Source: Marsupella aquatica
Lineage: Eukaryota; Plantae; Marchantiophyta
Length of the DNA stretch: 64,000 nt
Reading direction: 5' to 3'
Assembly (NCBI GenBank): GCA_973895155.1
Contig: OZ316894.1
Span: 24,178,709 to 24,242,708 of the forward strand
Positions 35,512 through 50,343 of this stretch are shown here, one piece after another (positions within the stretch are counted from its first letter, which is position 1; each line of letters opens with the position of its first letter). Below the pieces are notes generated by a model that saw only the letters and a program-made list of their open reading frames with translations, searched no databases and had not been told where the DNA came from. The position numbers and the translations under genes were made by a program.

Positions 35512-38500
35512 ATGGCTTCTCCTTCAGGAAGTACGCCGCAGGAGCCGGGAGACGTGGAGACAGGATCCAATAGTAGCAGGAGCAGCAAAAGTAATGACAG
35601 TTCGAAAGGCATTCTCGGAGTTCGGGATCCTTTTACCGTCTCAGGAGCTGCAGGACGGTCAAGAAGGGAAGACGACGAAGAGGGATTGAAGTGGGCCGCT
35701 TGGGAGAGGCTTCCATCCTATGACCGCTTGCGAACGACTGTGCTTGGCCGACACAATAGCAAGGGAGAGAAGGTGTTCGATCACGTTGACGTCTTGAATG
35801 TAGGTCCTGAGGTAAATAAAGCTTTCATCGATAAGCAATTCCAAAGACAGCCAGAGGTTGACAATGAAGACTTCCTGGTTAAAATACGCAAGCGCCTTGA
35901 TAAGTGAGTTTTACACAAACCATTTCCAGTTGAATATTCTTCTTGGTCACACGAGCATCTTTGAATTGAACCCGAAACACCCCCATAAATGGATGTCAAT
36001 TGTGGAATCAGCGTCAGTTTCGAAGGGGCATTTTCATATTCTTCCTGCGTCATTGCCAGTCGTTGTTCAAGACAGTTTAGATATATGATCTAGAAGCTAC
36101 CTCAGTGTGTCTTGTATGAAAGGATGCCTACGTAACCCTCTATCCATGTACACATAGGTGGATCGGAGGGTCTCGTATGAACCAATAGCTAATCTTGATC
36201 CATGTCGAATTGACACATCCTTAGAAGGCCTTGTCCAATGTACGTTGAATTTCTGAGAAAAGTGAGGACTCTTTCGACAAGCTATATATATTCAGAGGCA
36301 CAATTGAACATTTTTTTCCAGAGTGGATCTCAAGCTGCCAACTGTGGAAGTTCGATACGAAAACTTAACACTATCTGCTGCTTGTCGTGTCGGCGATCGA
36401 TTTCTTCCAACCCTTCCAAACACATTCGTTAATGCAATGAATGTAAGGCATTCTCAACCCTTGATTTGGACATTTAGCTAGACCTTCGCTATTTCGTTGA
36501 TTTGGTTAAAGTAATTTTGTGATACGTTAGGACTAGCTTCAGCAGCGCAGCATAGGGACTTTTACCCACCGACATTTGTATCGCCTGTGGCAAGGACGAA
36601 AACTATATATTATGCTTGTCCGTGAGTCACCTTATCGAAGTGTTTAAAGTGCCAGATCCATTATTAGAAACAAATAAATATAAACAAACTCTACAGTTGA
36701 CAAGCTCAGATTTCTAAATTGATTTGAAGTCTGACCTGGTCAGGAGGCCATTCTGAAGCGTAAACTATCCATGGAATGTGTTAACTCAAGAAACTATATA
36801 GCCTTCCTCGTCAATCCTCTCTTCCCTGAAAAAGTTTAATTTCAAGTATGTCCGTAACGAGCGGAATGTGGGATGATGCTTTGATGGTAAGTGGATCAAG
36901 GGGTATGACTAGGAATCATGGTTTCTGATAAATCAATTGATACATCAGATGGAATCGAAGGTACATTACTTACATCCAACGGGGCCTGTGCAGGACTTCC
37001 TAGGTATTTTTAATCTCTCGTTCGTGAAGCAGAGATACATCACCATCTTACACGAGGTCAGCGGGATCATCAAGCCTGGCAGGTCGTTAACTGACCTTTA
37101 ACGTTCCCACTATTTTGATTTTATCTTCTCTTTTTACTCCCATCTTTTCCATTATTTTCTGGAGTATTCTTTCTTTTTCTCGGCCTCTCTATGCACCAGA
37201 TAAGGTATTTAACTGCTGGGCTCAGATAGTCTATACTAAGAGGTACCCGGAAGTGATCAGCACTGCTGCAATATCTCTCAATTGAAGTCATATCTAACTG
37301 GTTGTGTGTTCGTCTGCAGAATGACGTTACTCCTCGGCCCTCCCAGCTCCGGGAGAACGAGTCTTCTCCTTGCACTTGCAGCATCACTGGAACCCAGTGT
37401 GACGGTAATGTCCTTGCGTAAATCTTAATTCGTGAACGCCTTTCGCATCTCAATACATTGAATCGAGCTCGTGACAAACGCAAGTTCGCGATGCGGGGTG
37501 TCGTGTACAGTTATTTCAGTCGCAGTCTATTATGAATATAATATAAATGTGCGGAGCAATTGATGGTCTCAGAAAACTCAATTGAAATTTTTTTGACAAG
37601 GTGGACCCTGAGAATGTGGCCCATAATACTTCCGTGTCTGACTATAATCATATATTTTTCTCTATGACTTCAGCAAACAGGGACCGTCACCTATAACGGA
37701 CATACCTTTGATGACTTCCTGCCACAAAAGACGGCGGCGTACATTAATCAGAGTGACATGCATTCGGGGGAGTTTACCGTAAGAGAGACATTGGATTACG
37801 CCTCTCGCTATCAAGGGGTTGGTTCTCGATATAGTGAGTTGGCCAGTGTCCGCGCTTAAAGTAATTTATCATTTTCAGAAGTTTTCATGTGACCTCTCTA
37901 AGTTCCAGAACAATGTGGATACACAGTGTCCCAGTCTTATGAGGCTGTGTTGCGGATGATCTTCTCTGGTTCTTCAGAGCAATATGTAGTTAATGTACCA
38001 TGCCTAATAATACAGACTTTACACTGCGATCTTGCAGACCTGCTAACAGAACTCGTGAAGAGAGAAAAAGAGCTCGGAATCTATCCCGATCCAGATGTTG
38101 ATTACTACATGAAGGTGAGGTGACGCTCGTTTCATGTATTTTTCCTTAGAATTTATTGATTTAATTCTCCTGGTCTCACTTGGGATGCATTTGTCCAATT
38201 TTATCAATCATTTCACCTTCAGATCTGGTAAGCAGAGGTCACACGATTTTCTTGAAACAATGCGCTTTGTTGCTATAGTGAAACCTTGGTCTGGTAGCAA
38301 GAAGTTTTGCTTGTAATGCACAGCTAAAATAGTAAGGACGTCATGTCTAGCTGGAAGACCATTGACTGCAGTCGTGTCCGTTTTGACACCAAGTTGTCCA
38401 AACTACTTGCTTACAGACAACTTCGATGGAAGGCGCATCGCACGACCTAGTAACGGACTACATAATTAAGGTGCTCCTCTGATTCTGGTCGCCTCTTTGC

Positions 38501-41500
38501 AATCTTGCGGTTGGTGACCGTGTCTGTGCGCTATCCCGTAATGATTGAAAGTTGAAGCAATTAATAACAGAATCAGAGCCTGCTCACATTGTGGATCATA
38601 CTTGTGAGACCGGGAGTGAGACCTTGCGATGCGAATATGGCAATGGATCTCTGTCCACTGCCGCATTCTCGATCATGGACTCCACCTAAATCGACTGTAG
38701 CTGATCAAAGCTCGATCTAATAGTTCTGAAAGGGTTCTTGTTCTTCCTTGTTCGATCTATCTCCCGACCTCAAATCCAGTGTTATGTACAAAATCTTCAA
38801 AACTAATTGAAGTTGGCGTACCATGTTTCTTTTGATCCTAAGCTCAAACTTGTCTCTGATTGGCCAGATCTTAGGACTAGATGCCTGCAAAGATACGTTG
38901 ATTGGAGATGAAATGCGCCGAGGGATATCTGGGGGGCAAAAGAAACGAGTAACAATCGGTAGGTTTCCATTCACCATGCGTGCGAAATGTCTGATTCCCC
39001 AAGCAGTCCAATCCTTTCAATGAGATTGCTTAGAGGGAGATAATTTAGCCCCCAGTCCGTGGAGTACTCCAGCGGAATGGGAAACTATCATGTGCTATCA
39101 TGGCTCAGTTGTAGGATTTAGGCCGGACAGATCGAAGGGGAGAACTAACACTAGATGTCAAGAATGTTCCGTGAATGCAACGAACTAATCATGTTTAAAT
39201 ATCGGGAAATTAATTTGACTTCTGACTCCGGCCTCCTCAAAAACAGTGATGTCCAAAATAGGACCATCCAAGCGTGTAAATCATGGTTCTAATTGTGTGC
39301 TGATAACCGATTCTTGGATGTGGCTACCTAGGCGAACTTCTCGTGGGACCGTGGAGGACTTATTTCATGGACGAGATCACGAATGGTTTGGACAGTTCCA
39401 CAGCATTCCGGATAATTACATGCCTGGGTCATTTTTGTCACGTCATGGAGATGACTATGCTCATTGCATTGTTACAGCCCGCTCCAGAAATCTTCGAGCT
39501 TTTCGATGATATCATTCTGCTCTCGGACGGGCAGATTGTCTATCATGGTCCTCGTGAGAATATAGAGGAGTTTTTCGCCTCTTGTGGTTTTAAGTGCCCT
39601 GCGAGAAAGGGCCTTGCTGACTTTCTGCAAGAGGTAATGAGCCTTTGCGTATTTGTCCTTTAAGAGAATCCTATGTCAAGGTGATGCTCATTTCACCGGG
39701 ATTTGATATTTATCGCCTTCTACCTTCTTTAAACTTAAAACGGAGCTACTGTTATGTTCTACGTCCATCGCTAGTCTCAGAATATGCTTCAATACCATCT
39801 GATTCATTTTTTAGTGGTGTCCCGAGCAATATTCTTAATTGTATTTATCATTCATTTAGTAATGTTGCTACTCGTATTTTGTCAGGTGACCTCTCGGAAA
39901 GACCAGGAGCAGTACTGGGCCGACAAAAGTAAGCCCTATCAATATGTTTCAGTTACCACTTTTAGTCGAGCCTTCAAGGACTTTCATGTGGGAGTGAAAT
40001 TACAAGAAGACTTGGGAACTTCATATGACAAATCGGAGAGTCACAGTGGAGCTTTGTCGTTTGAGCAATGGCCACTCTCTCAGTATGATTATTTCAAAAT
40101 TACATTCCAAAAGGAAGTGCTCTTTTTGAAGAGAAACTCCTTCATTTACATCTTCAAAACAGTTCAGGTACTTCGCGCTTCAAACTATGCGTTCACAACA
40201 ATTTGTGACCATTCTTGTATTGACAAGCCCTAAATTGAGCCTCTAAATTGACGTGAATTCTGGATGCAGATGTTAATACAAGGTTTAATACTGGCAACAG
40301 TGTTTTTCCGCACGAGAATGCATAGACGGACTTACGCCGACGCACAAGTTTGGAATGGAGCTATTTTTGCTAACTCAATCACCGTCATGTTTACCGGATT
40401 TGCCGACGTGACTCTCACAGTAGTTCGGCTGCCGTTCTTCTACAAATTACGGGACAAGAAAATGTTCCCAGCTTGGGCATTCGCTCTTTCAACCCTCGTG
40501 ACAAGGATCCCCTTCTCACTTACGGAGGCCACAGTTTTCGTTGCCCTCACTTACTATCCAATGGGCTTCGCTCCAGCCCCTGGAAGGTGAGAAATTGAAC
40601 GATGTCGTTAGAATCTGGCTGTTAAGTGAAACCGTGGATGCAACCTTGTGGAGAAATGCTTATTTGCTGGCTGGAAGTGACGAACTTCGGCAGCTCTTAG
40701 GTTCAAAGAATTTAGTTCTGGTTGTGAATTGACGCTTGCACAAGAACATTGAGAAATTCTAACAGAAGGGTTAGCATGTATTCTCCATTTACTATTATCT
40801 GCTCATGCATCCGCTCAAAAGTTGCCAGAAAGCATATTGAGTTTCCTTCCATTCTTTGCTTTGCAGATTTTTCAAAGTGTTGCTGATATACATTGTCGGG
40901 CACCAAATGGCGTCGAGTATGTTTCGTGCGATTGCTGGATGGTGCCGTACCATGATCATTGCAAACTCGCTAGGGTCCCTTGTGCTCACCATGGTTTATT
41001 CCCTTGGAGGATATATTGTCCCACGTTCAAGATTCAAAAAATGGTGGATCTGGGGCTACTGGATATCCCCTCTCTCGTGGAGTATGATAGGAGTCTCGGA
41101 AAATGAATTTCTATCCTCAAAATGGGATAATCAGGTATGAGTCAGATTTCGACCATGCTCGCGAGAATTTAAAGAGTACATTATGAAGAACGTTTGACCC
41201 ATTATTCTGAAAACCACTGTTAACTTCATCTGTTTCAAACTGATTTCCCGACTGATTTTAAACCCTGAGAATTACAGTTCGATATTTCTCTATAAGCATG
41301 AAAGACTGAACAGACCCCAGAGCATATATATCTAGTAAAGTTAATATGCAAAAGATATGCAGTGCGCTGTGAAACAAAGTAAGATTCGAGTAAGTTTTCT
41401 AATATCAGGTAGTGACTAGGCTAGCCTGCGTTACTATTAATATCGATCAAATGCCAGCGGACTGGCCCAAACTTTCCGAGACTTCACGAAGTGGGATATT

Positions 41501-44500
41501 TACGGCGCTTGTACGTGTATCCTTTGTTCGTTCAATAATTTATTCCAAGCATATGTCTCCACACTATATCTATGCAAAGTGTGAGCTGTGATATAATTGT
41601 TTTTGTTGAAGAAGTACTAACAGTATAGTTCAAACAGTTTTTTACGGCGCTTTTCCATGGATGTTTACAGCGCACTCCAGGGTACAAAGAAACGCTTGGC
41701 AAACTGCAGTTGCATCTTGCCGGGTACTATCCACATAGCTACTGGTACTGGATAGCTGTCGGGGTGATCGTTTCACAGATTTTTATCTACAACTTTTTGT
41801 TCATCACGGCGTTGACATATATGAAAGGTGCTCCTACTTCCCGCACACGATCTTCCATTTGTTTAAACAAAATTGTAGAACCTCGCTGTTCGTACATGAT
41901 CAAAATGTTGACTGTGGGACTGTGGTGCATGTAGCACCCGGGAGGCCCCAGCCTGTCATATCCGAAGAAGCTCTTGCTCAGTCCGAGGAGAATCGGACTG
42001 GTCTGCCATCGGAAAGTAAGATCCAAACAACCAGATCTGAATCCAAAGCCTACGCCTCTGAATCCCCTTCCATTGCTCCTGGAGGTCCATCAGGTAAGGC
42101 CATCATTCATTTTTATACGAAAATTAGCATGTAAATTTCCGATTCTCTTGACGATGCAGTTGAAATCAGTTGGCTCGCTTGGAGTTCTATACAGTATAGC
42201 ACACTCCCTTCCCAGGAATCATTTTTACTGGCGGGGCATGCATGCACTGCCTATATATAGGAAATTGAAATTAAGAGCTGTCTAGTACGACATATTAAAG
42301 TCACAGGCAAGTATACTGCAGGATCAACATCGATGCCTACTGAACACAATCCAGAAGCGGACCTGCCGCACAAGGCCTCAGAATTAACTCCGCAACCATC
42401 AGCAAGCTCAAGAAGGTCATCAAGGACCTCTATGGAATTAGAAGGTGCTGTGGGTGCACCTGCAAAACATGGAATGGTTTTGCCTTTCCAACCCTTGACA
42501 ATTAGTTTCAACAACATCGGCTACTATGTCGATATGCCTTCGGTACTTCCCCTGCCTATTACGCTGTAAAATGTCTACGTACAGGTGTTCCACTTAGTTA
42601 TTAGAGCATAGTAACTGACAATATAGTGCGACACTTATTAGTCATAATGCGCCTACTATCAAGTGTTTCTTTCGTAACTCAAAATATTTTGCGACAGAAA
42701 TGGTATACGTAAGAGCAAGCTTCCTGAGGTTGTGGACTTTCTGAACAATGGTACGAGGATTAACGTTACCAGTTGGGCACACGATTGCAAATTGTGACAG
42801 GAAATGAGGCAGCGTGGTGCAACGGAGGATAATCTCCAGTTATTGCGGAATATCACTGGCGCTTTTCGACCTGGTGTTCTCACTGCTCTGGTGGGGGTCA
42901 CAGGAGCTGGGAAGGTAAGAAGATGGACCTCACCCTATATCCCATGCTTGGGAAGTGTTGTCTTGTACCACAGTACCAGAAATGCGGCCCTGGTCTAGAG
43001 GACGACGTTATGGTGGTTGAACGATGATGAGATACCAGCCGAAATGAATGAATGAATGAGATTCACGAACCTAGCTTGGCCTTGTCTGCTACTCATGATG
43101 TTCGTCAAAATAATGTGAGAATGTTGTCTTAACGCACCGCAGAGTACACTTATGGATGTCCTCCTGGGAAGGAAGACGAGAGGCACCGTCACGGGCGAGA
43201 TCTATATCTCTGGATTTCCCAAGAAACAGGAGACATTCGCGCGGGTGTCAGGTTACTGCGAGCAGAATGATATCCATTCTCCCCAAATTACGGTTCGCGA
43301 GTCCCTCGAATTCTCCGCGTTTCTCCGCCTTTCTCCGGATGTTAATGACGAAAACAAGCAGGTACGGGATTGTGCAACAGCCCCAGGAATGATTGGATAT
43401 ATTGTTTGTCAGTGCTTTACTGCGAGCAGAACATCGAATCGATAGTCACTTGAACTGTCCGTGACCACCGGTGCACATGAATTTTCTTGTGGAAACAATG
43501 TTTGTTCAGCACAGAAGTCTTATTATTGCGAGACAAACATTGAAACACCAAAGTGAATCGTAATGATTAATGTCACGCAGCAATTTGTGGACGAGGTTTT
43601 GGACTTAGTTGAGTTGACTACTTTGAAAAACTCTATAGTGGGACTGCCCGCTGTATCTGGTTTATCTACCGAGCAACGCAAACGACTGACCATAGCAGTA
43701 GAGCTGGTCGCGAATCCCTCCATCATTTTTATGGACGAGCCAACATCTGGTCTTGACGCTCGGGCAGCAGCCATTGTGATGAGGGCGGTTAGAAACACAG
43801 TTGACACTGGTCGCACTGTGGTCTGTACCATTCATCAACCCAGCATTGACATATTCGAGTCTTTCGATGAGGTAAGTCAATTTTTCCAAATTAAAGTCTA
43901 GGTTTCGATCACCTTTGTTAGACTTTCCTAGCTACAGTTGACCTTTCCATTGAATGATATTCATTTGATATTCTGCCACATACTGTATACGCATTCGTGT
44001 GGGTAAGTACTGCCTGACGGAAAGGTGTTGCAATCTCGTATCATCGCAGCTATTGCTGCTGAAGCTTGGTGGGGAAGCAATTTATGCGGGTCCATTGGGA
44101 CGTGACTCTCGCCACCTGATCGATTACTTTGAGGTGTGAAGCTTACTTCAACATATGGTAACCTGTATTAAAGAGAATCGGCTTACAGATTACTATCTAT
44201 ATATAGAACTCAGATATTCATTTGTGCTTCCCTTCTTCACTGTGATTGACACCTAGCTTTCCTCTCAATTCGTTCAGGCCATTCCCGGGATTCCTCCGAT
44301 TAAGAACGGCATCAACCCTGCAACCTGGATGCTAGAAGTCACTACGTCGGACATGGAAAAAAAACTTGGACTCGACTTTGCTGAACATTACAGGAATTCA
44401 GATTTATCTCAGTACGGGCGAGAGCTTTCCTTCAGAATTTAGAGTTTGAATTCCACCCTCTACATAATGCAAATTGTGATGCGAAACTGGTCGTGATCAG

Positions 44501-46218
44501 CACTCAAGATTCTTCCATAGAGTTTTTTGGTATTACTCATTTAACTTCTGAAGAACTGAAAAGCAGCTAAATCCGCACAATGGCATGTAAGGTTTTGCTC
44601 AGAGCGATGACAACTTTGCTCGCGCGTGCATGGTCATGAATTGCAGGCAAATCAAAGGTCTCGCAGATGACCTAAGCAAGCCTGTTCCTGGTAGCCAGGA
44701 CCTGCACTTCCCGGATAAATTCTCGCAGCCGGCGATTCGGCAACTAGCTTCTTGTCTATGGAAGCAAAACTTGACGTATTGGCGCACCCCAGACTACAAC
44801 AATGTTCGATATTTCTTCACGATTTTTTCGGCTCTCTTTTTCGGCACGTTGTTCTTGCACGTAGGCCAGAAACGGTGAGAGTCTTGCTTTTTCCGAAGGC
44901 AGATCTCACTCTAGTCTTTTTTTTTCGAAGCCTTTCCCTGCTTTGCCCCTCGGTTGTTTCACCTCAAGAAGAACAAACAGTTGGCGATCTCATGAGAGGT
45001 GGTTAAGTCTACCATTGAAAGAATCTACTTAGAGTATCGGGCTTAGACCCTGTAAGTAAATGCTTCACGTTTCGTTTCTACATGTTGCCGTGTTCATAAC
45101 AAGCTCCGATCAAGCTGTTCATCACAACGTTTTAAGAAGACTTTGAGTTGAATCATTTAATATTTACACCAGCCCATGGTTTAATGCTGTTGCTGTGCTT
45201 ATAATGGCAGGTCTACCCAGTTCAATATCTTGGAAGTTATGGGCGCAATTTATGCCTCTAGTCTTCTGATAGGAATTATTATGTCGACCACTGTTCAGCC
45301 AATGATAGGAACAGAACGCGCAGTGTTTTATCGGGAGCATGCAGCTGGGATGTATTCCTCTATAGCCTACTCTGTGTCCCAGGTACATCACTCTGGCCCC
45401 TTGTCAGTTACATAGATATCGATATATCTCAGAATTTTCTCCAATTTATTACAAGACTATAATGCTTTGAAGGCAAGGTTTTAATTCATTGACTTATACC
45501 TGTGTTGCTCGATGCAGATCCTAATTGAAATACCGTACACTTTCGTGCAAGCTCTACTTTACAGCTCGATTACATATTCATTGATTAACTTGGAGTGGAA
45601 CGCTGATAAATTCTTTCTGTACCTCTACTTCACCTTCTGCGTCACCATTCTATTTATCTATTACGGAATGATGACGGTGGCTCTTACTCCAAATGTACAA
45701 GTTGCCACAGTGTTGTCTGCCTTCTTCTTCAACGTCTGGAACATTTTCAGCGGCTTCATTATCGCCAAGCCAGTAAGCCTGTCTTATTGAACTGCTCTCT
45801 TATGTTCGGTGTCGCCTCTATATCGCTACATATGGTTGATTACGATAGCCACTATGAAGCTTTCCGCAAAAAACCTAAAAACACTTCAAAATTGAATCAG
45901 TTTCATCGTATTCTGACCTGTTTGAACTGGGAACTTGTGCAGAGAATGCCAAAATGGTGGTCGTGGTATTACTGGGCCTGTCCTTTAGCGTGGCACATCT
46001 ACGGGTCTGTCACTGCGCAATTTGGAGATCTGCACGATAAATTACTCCGTGTTACTGGCGAAGCGGAGCTTGTATCGATCCCCCACTATCTCCGACAAGC
46101 CTTCGGTTTCCGTCACAGCTGGCTCGGCTTTAGCGTTGGAATGACCGTCTTGTTTCCATCTATATTTGCCGTTACCTATGTCCTGGCAATCAAGTACATC
46201 AATTTTCAGCAAAGATAA
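35512..46218 (+). CDS. Full-size ABCG (PDR) transporter, multi-exon
   Basis: [150 protein letters not shown] and C-terminal INFQQR*. Introns are GT-AG. Confidence 0.96.
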
Positions 46219-49200
46219 CTGGCAACGCTCCTATCCAACAATTTCGTTGATTCAATTGCACTATGAATCAAGAAATTAGACACGAGAATTCCCTCGGGAG
46301 AACATTGGGTGCAGAGGGCATGTGGCGATGGAGAATTGTGCTGGAAACGACTACTCAGAAGAGTAGAGAGACTCGATTCTGGCTAGTTTTCATGCACATC
46401 TCAGTTGGGCACAAGCAAAATATGCAATTTGTTTGTGTGAGATGTACGGGATTGAATAAATAATGAAGATCACTGCGCAGTTCCGTCATCAACCATGGAG
46501 GTCCAGCGTGTGCCTATCGGCTGAAGCTGGGCAAGCGCAGCCCGTCAGGAAGACCGAAAGTGTGAATCAGTCCACGACGAGTATTTTGTCATGTGTGCAT
46601 TAGGAGATCATTCCAATTTTGCCCTCGTTTTCTCGCAGTTGCCAGAAGCGCTTGAATTAATGATGCCCACTTGAAAGTGTCTCGATAGCAAAGGGAGGCC
46701 GCTCCTACTTAGCTCAGGGGAATTTTCGGGTTCCTACAATTGCAACAAAGGAGATTCTCCTTCTGCATCGTCATCGTCGATCCGCCAGAAATCAATTTAG
46801 AGCATAGCTGAGCTTTGATCAAGGCTAAGCTGCATGATCTAATTTGGAATTCTTCTTATTAATTAGATTCTCTGTAACCATCGACTCCGTAGCGTTTACT
46901 AGAACAGGATAGCCTACTTTTGTACAGTCTTGAACACTTTTTCTCGTGTTTGAAGCCATAATGGACTCCGTCGGTAGTGGACCTGCTATTTGGAAACAGG
47001 GTTTATTTTATTCAATGGAGTTTTATCATTCCACTATCTCCTCTAATGCTGTCGACTACTGAAGCTCAGATGTTAGCACATGATTGTAAAGGTATCAAGA
47101 AGATAAGCACGTTGAGTCGTATACCCTGCAGAATAAATAATCAAGTTGACCCATGCAAATGCTGAAGGACGCTGCATCCTTTAGCAAATGCAGCTAGCCA
47201 GTCAAATGCAGCAAATGCAGCTAGCAGTGCAAGATGATTAGATGATTAGCAATTCTACTGACACTGTTCTGAGATCAGAAAGATTAATAGACTTCCGAAT
47301 CGACTAACCTACGGGGCCTGGTCACCTATAGTCCTGATTTATTTCAGTTTTAGATCGAACAAAACAAAATAGTCCTAATTGTTGTAACTGAAACTATTTG
47401 GTCCAAGATGCGTATTTCTATTGTCCCTATTTGTCCATTATGCGAAGTTTTGTTCAGACCCTTTTGCTGCCACAATTTGGGACGCTACTCATTTGAATTC
47501 TGTTTCAATAAAAGGGTCAGAATCAGTCTAGAGCAGCAAGGACGAAGCGAGCATCGGAGGACAACTCAGACTTACTGTTAGTTCCTTCAATGCTGTTTCA
47601 ATAAAATAATAGGAATAGGAATCAGTCAACTCTCGCGAGGGCTATGCGCAGCTATACGCCTCGTATCGGAGGACACTTGAAAGGCACACTAAAGGAGCGG
47701 AGTTCTCTAAGACTGCGGTGAAGATCCGTGTACTAGGATTTGTCCGGATTGGCCATCTTCATCAACATTCCCACGCCGCAGAGATATGTGACGCATAGGG
47801 CAGCAATTCCTCGCTGCAGCCGAGCACTCGGTAGTTACGTGTAACGTATGCAACAGAAATTGATGTTATGGTTTTGCTTAGGGTCTTGTTAGAATGATGT
47901 ATGGTGACAACCCCTGAAAAGAATAATGCTCAATGGTCACATCGATCCCTGTATCCATGGATTCCGCATAGTCATTGCCAGTGTTGCGAGGACTGCTGGG
48001 TCCACAATGATGGGAATGTTTTATCAGGATCAAAGATCGAACTGCCGGCTCAGGCTGCAGGCCCTTCCCTCTCGTTTGGGAGAATCTCTTTCCTGTCGAT
48101 GTGGAGAATGTCGCTACAATCTCAGTTCAAGTTACTTCATTCAGATTACTCATCCACAAGTTCCTGTCTTGCGACCGAACGGATCCTGTCGTATTTCCAT
48201 CCTGACGAGGCTTGATCCTGGAGATAAAAGATCACAAGAATTTTCTACATGTCTACTATTAATACAGTGGTGGTTTTGACTTAGCGACTGTTATACTTCC
48301 GTTATCTCCGAACAAAGAAGTCCTCAACTCGGGATGACTGAACGTCGCTGTTGCGGCGGCCGAAGACTTACGCACAGCCCATATCGTTAATGTCCCTTCA
48401 GATTAGGCGACGACCGGAGAGTGCAGAAAAATTACGAATATGATTAAGTCTTGACATCGTTTATCACCAATTTGACGGTCACAGCTCCATTAGTTCATTG
48501 ATTAAATGACTGGTGACATTTCTTGTAAATGTATTGCTATATGTGTACGAGTTTGAATAGCTTCGATTGAGAGCGCTTGATTTTCCCAGTGAGAGAAGAT
48601 TTAAAGGGTACTTACTTCTCAGCCGATCTTAAAGAGAAACCCCGAGAGAACCATCTCTGCTATCCTTAACGTCAGTGGATCCAGTCATTGTACATGCCGA
48701 TTGAAGCTTTAGTGTCTTCTCCCTTCAGCGATCCTTTCTCGTGGGTATGGGCTATGGCATCTTGGTATAGTTTACCTGGCTGGTGCATATTCCAGGTTTT
48801 TTAAGAAACAAGGATTGCAACTCATAACTTGATTTTGAATGCTGCCCTCGTCTTCTTTAGGAATGGGTGGATGGTGGGGTATGGTCTTGTGTGCTTTGTG
48901 TTTTCTATTGCAGAAAAATATCGATCCCTTTTGGTAGTGATGCTCATCGAATGTGAGTTGATGAGTACTTGTTAGGTCGGTACGTGGCGTGCAATTGACT
49001 CTCAAATAGCTGCCTCTCGTATAAATTCTCTGGATTGGGAAGACGGTTTTTGAGCTGGGCAATGACGATTAATCAGCCGCAACCCCTAAATCCCTAAACA
49101 CATGCCGCAGAGAAAATACAGCTTTTGCCATCGTAATCAATTCTACATTTTATTTGAAACGAATGCAGTACAAGAGCGACATGGAATCATCGATCGTATA

Positions 49201-50343
49201 CAGTTCCGCTTCCACAGGAGCGTGCCGTCCAGGAAAATGAATGTTAATCTGAGAAAGCTGAAATGATTTCGACAGCATGACATGGCCACCAAGATCTATC
49301 GCAGAGGCCTACACAAGAGCTTACTGTCTGGAAAGCAAATGATTCGGCTATGATATCTGGGCATTTAAGATTCATATACAAAGTCATGCTTACAGGAGTG
49401 TGCCGTCTGAGATGCTATTTAAAACGATTTCAGCAGCGTGACATATGGATGACTAAGATGCTTTGTATGACATTTCTTTCTACAAATTTAAATAAGTTAG
49501 AAGATTTCAGGAACAGTTGGTGGGCGATCCAAAAGAAGAGAGTCCGATTATTTTGCAATAGAAAAGAAGAGCAACCTCTGTCTGCCTGAATAAATTGCAA
49601 CTTTGTCCAGTTTCTAAGAGACGCACTTTCTCTATCGAACTACGCCGTCCGGTACGCCCTCAAACGGTGAGCAGAATCAATTAACGAGCGGAGAGCGGAC
49701 CAGTGACATCATCAAACGATTCTGCCTTGCTCTCACATCAATAATATTGGTTTCCTGGTAGGGCTGCTCATCAACAAAAGTAATAAACAATCTAAGGCGT
49801 CTACCGAATATGCTATGGGACCTGACAAAAGTTAGGAATCAAAACGGTCTACAGTGTGCAATCTTGGAAACCTACAAAGCATTTGATACGTGCACGTCGC
49901 CTTTCAACGACGCACAGAGTGCTATTTTAACAGTTGGTCCGATCGAGCAGAAATGATATTTTACTTCGACTTACAATACAAATTTTGTAGAACAGGGCAA
50001 CTAGGCCCGCAGGATCGACGAATTAGAACAATACACCTCTTACTCTGGTGTTCTAACTAGAGACCTTCCATGTGATCATCCCATAGAAGAGGCCGTATTG
50101 TGTCTGAATGCAATGTTATCTAAATCTATAGTCTGATGTTCGAATCGAGGAACATCCTACCGCTCGACCTCTGTATGTAAGCTACAGAAGTGTGGGTGAA
50201 CTATGCTAGTTAATGGAAGTAGCAAGAGGCGCTGTTGTGGTCGAAAGTAACATGTGACCTAATGTGGTCTTTTCTGTCTTCCTCCTCATTAAACAGACCC
50301 GTGGAGGTACCCTCCTGAGAAACCACTTTAGAAGAGCTTCGAA

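Noticed and set aside
47901-48279. Two overlapping ORFs between ABCG and ALT
   Set aside because: No recognisable motifs or convincing splice structure
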